The notes beneath the pieces are model-generated. The model was not told the origin of the DNA, did no database searches, and saw nothing but the letters and a program-made list of their open reading frames with translations. The translations under genes were made by a program, and so were the position numbers. A stretch of 63,968 nucleotides of DNA, the filler included, from Stramenopiles sp. TOSAG23-3 (taxonomy: Eukaryota), in NCBI GenBank assembly GCA_900128585.1. It is 4 parts of 4 records of this genome, joined end to end, with 100 filler letters (N's around TTAATTAATTAA, not from the genome) between each part and the next. Parts side by side here need not be neighbours in the genome. Positions count along the whole stretch, not along the records: positions 1 to 16,277 come from LT642494.1; 3 more parts are not named here. One strand, 5' to 3'. Position 1 is the stretch's first letter. Every line of letters begins with the position of its first letter. Positions 1-9,608 of the stretch are shown piece by piece.

Positions 1-287
1 GTCGCAGTAGACGGTCGTAATACAGCCCCTTTGTTTTCACCGCATTGAAACAGTCTTACGCCTTTTACCTCACCATCATCATGCCAGAGAATATTACCCG
101 TAGTCGTTTACTATTACATTAGTATTTGAAAGAATGGGAGGAAATGATTAATTATATAGGCTATACTGTACATAAATAGTCATTGGTGATATTTATTAGG
201 AAAATAATCAATTGATTTGCCAACAGAAACCGTGGTGTTTTGCAGTTTTCCATATCTTCCAATACTTTAAATAAACAAGCCCAAAGC

Positions 288-746
288 ATGGCGTCTTTGG
301 TGGGTGGCGAATGTGCGACTGATAATGGTGCAGTTGAGGAAGCTAGTCCAGCGTTGACGGCGCAACAGACGGAACAGGCGGAGCAACAGTGGAAGTTGGC
401 TCAATTTAGAATGCTTAGAATGGAAGCTGAATATAATGCGTGCATAGCTGCTGAAGGGAAGTTGGGCGCCAATGTTGTAGAAGACAGCGGCAATGATGCT
501 AAAGAAGTGCCAACGGAGTCTCCCGCAGCAAGCGGTTATGCCCAGTTGGATTGTGACGTCTTAGTTGACGAAGAGAGCAACGAGGCACCAGTTGACGAGG
601 AAGAATCGGAGGCTTTTGGGGAGTTCCAGTTTGCCCAATTTCCAGAAGAAGAGCGGGTACTCAAGACTGCCCCAAACGAGGAAATCATTAGTGCGATGAA
701 ATCTATGAAGTGGCGCCCGAAACGAGACCGCGTCTTGCGCCCTTGA
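288..746 (+). CDS. Hypothetical acidic protein
   Basis: ORF 240..746; first ATG at 288 (MASLVGG). GC-richer than its flanks like other genes here; no recognisable domain. Confidence 0.5.
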   Translation: MASLVGGECATDNGAVEEASPALTAQQTEQAEQQWKLAQFRMLRMEAEYNACIAAEGKLGANVVEDSGNDAKEVPTESPAASGYAQLDCDVLVDEESNEAPVDEEESEAFGEFQFAQFPEEERVLKTAPNEEIISAMKSMKWRPKRDRVLRP

Positions 747-821
747 AGATGCCGATTGTACATAGAACAGAATTAGTGGTCATCAAACATTATTTAGAAA
801 ACCAAAAGGCAATTAATTACG

Positions 822-850
822 TAAAAACAAAATTAATGGCTGGTATTTAG
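822..850 (+). repeat. 3'-associated micro-element, degenerate copy
   Basis: TAAAAACAAAATTAATGGCTGGTATTTAG, between two convergent stop codons. Confidence 0.55.
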
Positions 851-947
851 GTGCTCTTATTTACAATTTATGTCCAGTAAGGTTACCTAACCCAATACGA
901 TGACTTTCTCCTTCCTCTCTTTTTAAAATTAATGAATTCTTTAGCTT

Positions 948-1838
948 TTAGCTAAAATCACCGCTACGGTGCTTTTTGATCACCACCGTTTTCAACGATT
1001 CGTACACGCTAAACTGTATGGCGGCGTTGGGCACACTCCGAAGCAGGTATGGGAGGGCACCGTGGTAAAATCTCCCGAGTCCTCCCTTTCTATATGTCGT
1101 TCGGTAGCAGTCTAGAAAGCTAGAGTAAACACGCTGTCCATGATGATCTCCTTGACTCCCTGAAATTTGCATAATTTTTCGCACAGTATCATTGGGGTAC
1201 ACAAAAACGCCGGCGGTCACCCCGGACAAGGCCCCATAAAACATTTTGCTTTGAACAGTCATTTCATTCGCTCCATTTTCAGAAAAATACCCATACACTC
1301 CAAACTTAATGCCCTCGTACGGCACAGCCCCTAAAATGGTCGGCCAACACCCACGGTACAAAGACTTATACCCGTTTTCCTTTATGGCCTCTCTCAAAAC
1401 ACCACCTAGGCCTATATCTCGCCCAGTGACCCCGGCCAACCTTGTCCGAGCAAAGTCCAGCGGGTACGTCAATATACACGCAGTGATGCCCGCGCACGCG
1501 CCTGACCCAAAAGCGAGAATTTTCGGGTCTGGGCCCTTAAACCGAAAAACTTGGCGCAGCAGATCCTTATATACATCATTGCAAGCAAAAAGAACACCTT
1601 TGGCCGGAAAAATACGCAAGCAATTCGTAAAGTTCCCTCGCCAAAACCCCTTTACTCCCTCGGCTTCCATAATCGCAGAAGCAGTTGCCCGTATACCTTT
1701 TTCACCCCCGCCAGTTTGTGCCAACACCCGGATTCTTTCCAAGGGAGACGTTGCTGTCTTCGCAACTGTGCCACCGAAACCGCCGAGCGGCAGCAGCATA
1801 ATCTTCTCAATTGTATCGGGCGCCCCAGGTCTCGGCAT
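948..1838 (-). CDS. Mitochondrial carrier family (SLC25) protein, probably CoA/adenine-nucleotide carrier type
   Basis: Three carrier repeats with Px[DE]xx[KR] signatures (PLERIR, PLDFAR, PNDTVR) and GFWRGN/LYRG/FYHG motifs; ATG at 1838. Confidence 0.9.
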   Translation of the reverse strand: MPRPGAPDTIEKIMLLPLGGFGGTVAKTATSPLERIRVLAQTGGGEKGIRATASAIMEAEGVKGFWRGNFTNCLRIFPAKGVLFACNDVYKDLLRQVFRFKGPDPKILAFGSGACAGITACILTYPLDFARTRLAGVTGRDIGLGGVLREAIKENGYKSLYRGCWPTILGAVPYEGIKFGVYGYFSENGANEMTVQSKMFYGALSGVTAGVFVYPNDTVRKIMQISGSQGDHHGQRVYSSFLDCYRTTYRKGGLGRFYHGALPYLLRSVPNAAIQFSVYESLKTVVIKKHRSGDFS

Positions 1839-2742
1839 GATCAATAACAAATTTCTTCACAGCAATGGCTGCAACGCAAAATAAAATATATGCAATACAA
1901 ACAGTCCTACCAAGAAGACACTAACGGAAGCAAGCCGCTTCAAATGTACTTCTTGACAAACCTATTGTTCACGAGAAATGTAAACCAGGGAAGGTATGGC
2001 AACTCTACTCAAATAGTCCATAGAACATTACCATATAGTTAGATCTTTATTTCAACCCATTCTTTCAATGCAAGAATGAATTGGACGAATACTTTTGTGT
2101 GAGCCTCCTCTGTGTCATTTATGACCACTCAATAAACCAATTTCAACAGATTTCATACTTAATATGTATACTAATTATTGAATTTACTATATATTTAAAA
2201 TTATTATACTTGTATTATTATTTCTTATATTAATATTTACCTATGTATATTATATGATTATACATTTTTATTGTACTTTATTTTTGGTGAATCAATCGAT
2301 TTTAATTTAGAGCTAAATAGCATAGCAGCTCTTTTAGATCTATGTTACGAGGATAATAAAATAACGTCCTTCTTCCGTCCTTCGATTCCTCCTTCTTCTT
2401 TTTTAAGAAACGACGACAGACGATATTAATTCTAAAAACTCAGTTGTATTTTAAATTATTTTTTTTTATGAATTATCATCTTCGTATAATTAATAATATT
2501 AATTACGACGAGGAGTGCTGCTGCTGCTCCAGCCGTTACATCATAAAATATGAGCGCGATATAATAATAATAATAATAAATATTATAATATTCATCACCA
2601 GTAAAAATGTTGTTTGTGCAGTACGAAGGTATAATTAAATTGGATGAAATTCGCGCGTGCTGTCGAGTAACAATTACAACGGAGAGTTTATTAGGTGTTG
2701 ACACATTACCCTAAAACAATTGTCAGGTTTTAGAACACAGAA

Positions 2743-5700
2743 ATGTCCGACACGTCTTCTCGCAGTGGAAAACCTTGGACCCCCGCCGAGCTTGTCCCGT
2801 GGCACATAGATGGAAGGGCCTTGCTTCCGGGAGACGCGGGAGGGGTAGGAGAGGATGCCAAGCACGGCAGGGGAACAAAGGGAAACCGTGGTCGCAGAAA
2901 GAGGAGAAAGGGTGCTCCTAAACCAGTGGCACCTGGCGTACCAATTTCTCATCCCCCTCAAGGTCAAAATTTAATATCATTCCCCCGTGGTGGTAGAAAG
3001 TTCAAGTCAAAAACAACTATGCGGGACCCGGGGTTCTGCGAAGAAATAGGCCCTTCATATGAATTCAACGAGTCAAGCATTGGGTACGAGCAATCGCTGT
3101 ATAATGATTTGAGCGGAAATTCTGCAACTACCAGGGTGTATGAGAACATTGTCCCGGAAAGGGAGGTTGCGCCTAATTTATCCATGATGGAGTACGCAAC
3201 GGCTGCGATCAATCCGTCCAGAGCACACTCTCAGTACAGCAAAGTGCACACTGAGGTAAGCGGCGCTTCCCGTATTCTTGTTGATGGTTATTTCAAATCT
3301 GCAAACGTCAGTGGCACTTCGAGAATAGTCGTAGACGATTCATTTTCAAAGCGAAACAATTCTAGAATTAGCGCTTCTGTCGAAGCCCAAGCCGTACCCC
3401 CAAAACCCACCAGAAACGACGAACTGTTCTATTCGTGGCTTGGTCACCGGTGGGAAACAAACGCCCCTGTCGAGAAATGGAAAAGTATCCGGCTGGAAAC
3501 TCCTTCCGATTATGCAGAATCTCACAGATCCAACCCGTTTAGAGACTGCTCTCCCCGGACAAACAGGAGGATAGAAATAGATTCTATGGAGCAAAAATTA
3601 AGGCGAGCTTTAGGAATAAAATACGACCCTGCTAGTACGGAAGTGGACGATGCGATACTTGCAGTCCGGGAGCGTGCAGAAATTTCATCCCATTGTTTTG
3701 CGCATCTGGCCTCCAAAATATCTGTGCGCTCAAAGGAAGAGGCAAATCTACTGACAATGTCATGGCAAGTTCAAATGGATTCTCTAAATAGAATATACAA
3801 GTTGATGAAACATTTGGACAAGCGAGTCAAAGGCGTAGACAACCGGGTTGCTTCTATCCAGCGGAGCTTCAACGCTACCATAAAGAATTTGACTGATCGA
3901 GCGACAGAAAGGGAAGAAAAGTGTTTCCACCACATAAAGAAGCTTGAGGCCCATTTGGTAGCAACAGAACGCGACATATTGACCCTGCGGTTAGACAGCT
4001 CTCAAGCCAAGCAAAACAGTAGAATTAAACCAGCGGGAAAAAGCATGGAAGACGACAGCGAGGATTCTGACGAGGACGCTCTCTCTTCCCGTGTGTATCA
4101 AAAATTGGCGCAGGAGTATGATGCATTAAACTCCGTAAACGGGACCTTAAGGAATGAAATGAAAGCTCTCGAGACTGAAAGAGACCATGTAGTGTCAATG
4201 CTGAGCAAAGTTATTGGCAACGGACTTTCTACTGCGGATTTAATAGAGTCACTGGAGAACCGTGTCGAAAGCATAGACGCGAAAGACATTTCGTCACACA
4301 TTCACAAAAAAACGGAAATGTTGGAAACTATCATGGACCTTCGGGATCAGGCCAAAGAAGAGTTGAGGTTCCGAACATATCGTGCGAACCAAAGAGCGTT
4401 GATCCAACCAGCCCATGAAACTAACAAAAAAACGGATGAAAATTACGTAGCGCCGACCCTTCTAAATTTCTGGAACGTTGAACTGTCTGCACAAAAGTTA
4501 GAAATAGGCCGGCTGAAGAGGCGCTGCAAGTCATCCGTGCAGCAGAAACATCCCCTAATACAGCAGGTAAACGACATTTTTGGGACCAGAAAAGATAGAA
4601 AGAAGTCGCGGAAAAAGAAAAAAAATAAGGCCGTTCACATCAGGAACAAAGATTGGTTGCTTCAGGAGATCCACTGTATCTACACCTGCCGGTTGAGATA
4701 CACGTCGAACAGAACATGCAACAACATATTATCTAGTACAGTAAAGGATTTCCCCTCTTTTACATTTTCGTATTTTCTTGACAAGTACAAAGACGAGAAT
4801 CGAATACGCACCAGTATCAAAGAGTTTCTGGATGCCGTGGAAGTATACGGAGGTACCGCAGGCGAAGGGAATGCCGAGAATGACAGATGGATTGCAATAT
4901 TTAGTGAATTTATAAACGGTAAAATTCCGACTTCAACCGTTGACTTCTTTTTGTTCCTGGTCTCGTTAGTATCTGACTGCTGCGTTGGAATCAAGTACCC
5001 ACGGATGGAGTCCTACAATGTACCGTACTGGATAAGTGCGATCGCGGCAACAAAGATGCTGGACAGGGTTTTTCCACGGACCGAAATCACATCCAAAGAA
5101 TTGATTAAAAACCAAATAAAGGCGCTGCAGTCCAGGGCGACCGTGCAAGAAGTCACCGTAGCAATTACGGGAACAAACGATAAGCCTGCTCCTGATTACC
5201 GGTTACCGTACTTGGCTTTTCTGGATTTGATGCTGCAAGCTTTTCAACGTGAGTCACAAAAGACTTTGGACGAGGTGTACCAGAACTTCTCGCTGGAAGA
5301 CAAAAATTTTTCTGGTTACGTTTCGTATGAGAGCTTCAAAACAATTGTGCAAAAATTTAACCGAGTGACAACGCTGCACAAAAATCTAGAGACGTTGTTT
5401 CTGGAAGAGAGCAACATTATCCGTGAACTGATTCCACTGGAAGAACAGTTCAACAGTGCTTGCAAAATAGATTTTTTTGGAGTATGCAACGTCTTGGAAC
5501 GCACGGGGGCATACACGCTTCATCTGGGATATATGCTAGAACCACCGTTGCAGCCGCCTTCCGCAGCACGTGGCAACGAGGTGTTTGCTGCTATCAATGA
5601 TATCAACAGAAAAAGCACAAGCATCTACGCTAGCCTGTTGAAACAGATGCACTCGGAACAATCCAAGGAAAGCATTACAATGCTGATGTTTTGCCAGCAG

Positions 5701-6042
5701 TGTGTTGACGTCGAGGAGAGGACAAAAATCTCACCTTTTCGAATTGAATTTGCAATGCAAAAGTTTTTGAACATCCTCCACGAACAACTATTGCTGCAAG
5801 AGGGCAGTTCCGGCGAGGTCCCACTCGGTTATTTTCAGCAAGGGTGTGAGGCACACTTGGAGATAATCACTCGACGGCGTGGACTCGGAGAGGAGTACCT
5901 CCAACATGTTCTAAAGAGGCAAGGGGAGACAACAGCAGAGAAAGTTGCACGAAATACAAAAGTCTTGCTCGTTATTCGACGACAACTGTTGAAGAAACTA
6001 CAAAAAATTAGAGAGCGAAAATTGAAGAGCACTGCACAGTAG
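2743..6042 (+). CDS. Large coiled-coil protein with C-terminal helical/EF-hand-like region (possibly ciliary)
   Basis: 1099-aa uninterrupted ORF with central heptad-rich segments and an EF-hand-like loop (DKNFSGYVSYESF). Confidence 0.75.
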   Translation: MSDTSSRSGKPWTPAELVPWHIDGRALLPGDAGGVGEDAKHGRGTKGNRGRRKRRKGAPKPVAPGVPISHPPQGQNLISFPRGGRKFKSKTTMRDPGFCEEIGPSYEFNESSIGYEQSLYNDLSGNSATTRVYENIVPEREVAPNLSMMEYATAAINPSRAHSQYSKVHTEVSGASRILVDGYFKSANVSGTSRIVVDDSFSKRNNSRISASVEAQAVPPKPTRNDELFYSWLGHRWETNAPVEKWKSIRLETPSDYAESHRSNPFRDCSPRTNRRIEIDSMEQKLRRALGIKYDPASTEVDDAILAVRERAEISSHCFAHLASKISVRSKEEANLLTMSWQVQMDSLNRIYKLMKHLDKRVKGVDNRVASIQRSFNATIKNLTDRATEREEKCFHHIKKLEAHLVATERDILTLRLDSSQAKQNSRIKPAGKSMEDDSEDSDEDALSSRVYQKLAQEYDALNSVNGTLRNEMKALETERDHVVSMLSKVIGNGLSTADLIESLENRVESIDAKDISSHIHKKTEMLETIMDLRDQAKEELRFRTYRANQRALIQPAHETNKKTDENYVAPTLLNFWNVELSAQKLEIGRLKRRCKSSVQQKHPLIQQVNDIFGTRKDRKKSRKKKKNKAVHIRNKDWLLQEIHCIYTCRLRYTSNRTCNNILSSTVKDFPSFTFSYFLDKYKDENRIRTSIKEFLDAVEVYGGTAGEGNAENDRWIAIFSEFINGKIPTSTVDFFLFLVSLVSDCCVGIKYPRMESYNVPYWISAIAATKMLDRVFPRTEITSKELIKNQIKALQSRATVQEVTVAITGTNDKPAPDYRLPYLAFLDLMLQAFQRESQKTLDEVYQNFSLEDKNFSGYVSYESFKTIVQKFNRVTTLHKNLETLFLEESNIIRELIPLEEQFNSACKIDFFGVCNVLERTGAYTLHLGYMLEPPLQPPSAARGNEVFAAINDINRKSTSIYASLLKQMHSEQSKESITMLMFCQQCVDVEERTKISPFRIEFAMQKFLNILHEQLLLQEGSSGEVPLGYFQQGCEAHLEIITRRRGLGEEYLQHVLKRQGETTAEKVARNTKVLLVIRRQLLKKLQKIRERKLKSTAQ

Positions 6043-6482
6043 AAAAGTGTTAGACGAGATTTTTTTTAGAGGTACCAGGTAGTAGGTTGACCTTGATATT
6101 ATTATATTAATATACGATATCGTACCATTAAAATATGTGATGATAGGAAACATTGTACTTTAATAAGTATCAAAATTCTCCTAAAAAATTACAACGTTCA
6201 TACTGCCGCCCATTATTATTATTGAATTATAATAGAAGATATTTCATAATATATAACACCCCCACCCCACCCCACCCCCCCATTCCATTAAATTCGATTT
6301 CTAAATTTAGAATTTTGACTGGTGATAGCGAAGCATAACATATCTCGCCACTTTAGTTCAAACGAGGACAAGTTTTTCTCTTCTTTGGTTCTTTCTCTCT
6401 ACCTTTGTCGAGGCATTCCGCCCCATTTTTATTAAATTTGTGTGGGCACATTACCTTCTCCTCTGCTCCTTCCCCGGCACGG

Positions 6483-6989
6483 ATGGCGAACGAAACCATA
6501 TGGTCCTGCGCAAAAAATGGCTATTTTAAGACGCTGAAAAAACTTTTGCAGAAGAATGGCATGAGAGACATTGACAAACGGCAGCCGGAAAAGGGTTATA
6601 CGGCCATCCAGTTTGCATCTGCGTTTGGGCACCTTGATATTGTCAAGTACTTGATTGAGAAGGGTGCTAATGTAAACATTCAGGACGATGATGGCGACTC
6701 CCCATTGCACGACGCGTGCTTCATGGGCCAGCTTGAGGCTGTAAAATACTTGGTGGAGCACCAAGCAAATGTCACAGCGACGAACAAAAGAAACGAAACC
6801 CCTCTCGACCGAGCAGAGGGAAGGGCTAATCACGACGTTGCAAAGTATATACGCAGCACCCCGGCGGCAAAAAATCTTCTCTGGAGGAAGTGGCGAAAAG
6901 TGATTGTGACGGTCGCTGTGATCCTTGTCCTTGCAGTGGTCTGGATAGTACCCAAAGTCCAGTCCCTCCGTGAAGAAATCAATTTGTGA
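6483..6989 (+). CDS. Ankyrin-repeat protein with C-terminal transmembrane anchor
   Basis: Ankyrin repeats (GYTAIQFASAFGHLDIVKYLIEKGANVN, GDSPLHDACFMGQLEAVKYLVEH, ETPLDRA) and a hydrophobic tail VIVTVAVILVLAVVWIV; ATG at 6483. Confidence 0.9.
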   Translation: MANETIWSCAKNGYFKTLKKLLQKNGMRDIDKRQPEKGYTAIQFASAFGHLDIVKYLIEKGANVNIQDDDGDSPLHDACFMGQLEAVKYLVEHQANVTATNKRNETPLDRAEGRANHDVAKYIRSTPAAKNLLWRKWRKVIVTVAVILVLAVVWIVPKVQSLREEINL

Positions 6990-7016
6990 AGAGGAATTCA
7001 ATGTAATAGTTTTTTT

Positions 7017-9005
7017 TCAATACATAGAGTTTAGTTTTTTATGTACCCAACCCTGCTGCCTCTGGAAAATGACAGTGTCCAATCCTGTATACAAAGTCCT
7101 GCTATCTTTCCCTTTGCGGAGCAGTTCTCTGTTCCATCTGTCTTTCTCCGGTGACGTAAATTTGTATGTAATTGGAGATTTCCCAGTTTGGAGCGCCTCT
7201 TCACGAATACGTTCCAATTGAAATTCCCACGATTCTTCGTCGATTGCATCCTCGACAACAAGCCGGCGAAAGTTAGGCTTTCGCAACCGTTTGCATCTTT
7301 CGCGGGCCATTTCTCCTCGCCAGTGTCGCGCGATGCATATTTGGGCAGCTTTGATTATTAGGTACCAGTCCGATACTTTTTGCCGAGTATTGTACCCTCG
7401 CCAAAGTGATTGAATGGACTGGGCAGCGTACGCTTTTCGTGGTCTTGCGATGAAACTATCATAAATATCTATACCGTCATCTTCATCATCACTGGAGGAC
7501 GTGTCACTATCTGATCCGTCACTGAATTGAGTATCCCTCCACTGCTTTAAACGGTTCATGTAACGTTTTGCTCTGCGTTTTGAAGCAAAGTTTTTGAAGG
7601 CCCTGGCAATGGTTGAACTGGCCAGGACTACTTCGTGAAAATCTACCTTTGTCAGCAAACCCAAGAACCTTCTCCAAGCTTTTTGTATTGTTCTTGCCGC
7701 CATCACTCGTATGCATCTTTTGCGAATGTTTTCCGAGGAATAATAGTCATCTTTGTTTCTTTGAAGTTGGATTAATCTTCGTTTATTGTACTCTTGGCCA
7801 ATCGCCAGTTCCTCCAAAAGGCTTCGGTCTATTGCGCTTGGTATAGTGTACGCTAACTCTTTGGTCATTCGTTTTTTGCGCCTGTCAATTAGCATCAGCA
7901 GCATCTGCGAAAGTTCGGTAACATCCCGTCTGTACAAATTGGCCTGCGCCCTTTTCGACAAATATTTTGGTTTCTTTTTCCCTTTCCTGGATTGTTTTTT
8001 GTCCCTTTCACTTCGCTTACTTTTCTTAATTTCTAACGATTTTCTCCAATCATCTGCTTTGAGCTCGTTTGTTCCTGCATAGCTTAAGTGCAACCCTTTT
8101 GTTGGAGAGATTGTGATACTTCTAGCCTTGGAATCTAGCGATTGACGAGATAATTCATCGTCTTCTTCTTGGATTTTCCTCCTGTTTTTGCCCGGCTGTG
8201 AGTCTCCATTTGTCTTGGCAAGCACCATGTAAGTAAGTTGGCGCAGTATCTCATCGTCCATCGCTCTGTCCAATTTGAACACTGACTTTTCACAGGGACG
8301 TTCCCCTCTTTCAATTAACTGTTGTGTTTTCTCTACCAAACCGCTGTACGAAGAGATGAAATATTTTGACAAAAGGTTTTCTTTTTGATCACTTTTCTTT
8401 TCAGCTTTACTTTCTTTATCTTGTTCATTTTCACTTAAAGGATTTGGAGTTTCTGGTAGGGCTGGGGGGGGCGCTTGTTCTTTATAGTCAGAGGAGCTGA
8501 CATCGTTTGGTCGTTCGTTATAGTCAACGAGTGCCACTATCGCATTCAAAAAGTCTCGGTTTTCTTCTTTTTTTACGTGTTCAATGAGTTCATCTAGCTC
8601 TACATCGCCACTACCATCCTCGTCGATGTCTTTAAATCTATCAATAACCGTACTTTGAAAGCCATGAAATGATGACCGTCTAGTCCGCTTTTGTTGAGTT
8701 TTCATAAAGCCAACAAATTCGATGAGTGACAAAGAGTTGCTGTCATCTCTATCAATTAATTTAAAAAATTTTGTGCAATAGTGTTCCATTAGTTTTGTGC
8801 TTTTAGCCACTTTTTCAACCAAAGGCTTCCCCCTTTTTGTCTCAGGGTGCTGTTTTTGTATACTGCCTTCTTCGTCAGACCAATCACTATTGTCGCCATC
8901 TTCTTGAATGGGTGGATGATACTTTTGCGCGCTTCTGTAAACTTGCGACGTTCGAATCGACGAGTGCCCAAACGGTGTCGCAAACTTCCCTTTCTCGCGG
9001 TCCAT
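7017..9005 (-). CDS. EF-hand and IQ-motif protein
   Basis: Two EF-hands (DRDDSNSLSLIEF, DEDGSGDVELDEL) and several IQ motifs (IQKAWRRF, IQSLWRGYNTR, IARHWRGEMAR); first ATG at 9005. Confidence 0.8.
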   Translation of the reverse strand: MDREKGKFATPFGHSSIRTSQVYRSAQKYHPPIQEDGDNSDWSDEEGSIQKQHPETKRGKPLVEKVAKSTKLMEHYCTKFFKLIDRDDSNSLSLIEFVGFMKTQQKRTRRSSFHGFQSTVIDRFKDIDEDGSGDVELDELIEHVKKEENRDFLNAIVALVDYNERPNDVSSSDYKEQAPPPALPETPNPLSENEQDKESKAEKKSDQKENLLSKYFISSYSGLVEKTQQLIERGERPCEKSVFKLDRAMDDEILRQLTYMVLAKTNGDSQPGKNRRKIQEEDDELSRQSLDSKARSITISPTKGLHLSYAGTNELKADDWRKSLEIKKSKRSERDKKQSRKGKKKPKYLSKRAQANLYRRDVTELSQMLLMLIDRRKKRMTKELAYTIPSAIDRSLLEELAIGQEYNKRRLIQLQRNKDDYYSSENIRKRCIRVMAARTIQKAWRRFLGLLTKVDFHEVVLASSTIARAFKNFASKRRAKRYMNRLKQWRDTQFSDGSDSDTSSSDDEDDGIDIYDSFIARPRKAYAAQSIQSLWRGYNTRQKVSDWYLIIKAAQICIARHWRGEMARERCKRLRKPNFRRLVVEDAIDEESWEFQLERIREEALQTGKSPITYKFTSPEKDRWNRELLRKGKDSRTLYTGLDTVIFQRQQGWVHKKLNSMY

Positions 9006-9532
9006 GTCGCTGGTTCGTATTGTGCGATCCCGCAGCAAAATCGGTTTTTGCAAAACTAGAATTTTAAGCCAAGGTGTAATTCTTTTTAGAAAAACAATTC
9101 AATGTTCACGAAAGTTACATTCAACGTTTGCGCAGTTTTATCGTCGTCATTGCACGCACCCATGTTCCCTTCTTTTGGCAAGAAGGAAAACAATGTTTTT
9201 CTGATATTCGTATTTTATTACTACTTTTTCTTGTTGATGATGATGAGATGGAGGATAAATGTCTGAAACGGTAAATTAAAAAAAAAGAATGATTGCCAAG
9301 ATGATGTAATTAAGGAGTTATGAAAGAAACGAAGGAGTGATATAAAAATATAAGATAGAAACTAAAAGATTATTCTCATTTTTATAACATATTTTCCTTA
9401 CTTTAAATTAATATGTGAAGCCAACGAATCGACAAATGCTGTTGTGGATGTGTACTGCTACAAAGCATTTCCCCTATCAAATACAAGATAATTCGTTGTA
9501 GGTCGGATGAAGTAAATAAGTTCGCAATACAT

Positions 9533-9577
9533 TAATTTTAATTACTTAAATAACAGCCAATTTTCTTGATTTTTTAA
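9533..9577 (-). repeat. 3'-associated micro-element, perfect 22-mer core plus extension
   Basis: Reverse complement of CAAGAAAATTGGCTGTTATTTA at 9547-9568, extended by AGTAATTAAAATTA; about 35 bp after the VWA8 stop. Confidence 0.9.
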
Positions 9578-9608
9578 AAATAAATTAAGAAAAGACACTC
9601 TAAAATTT

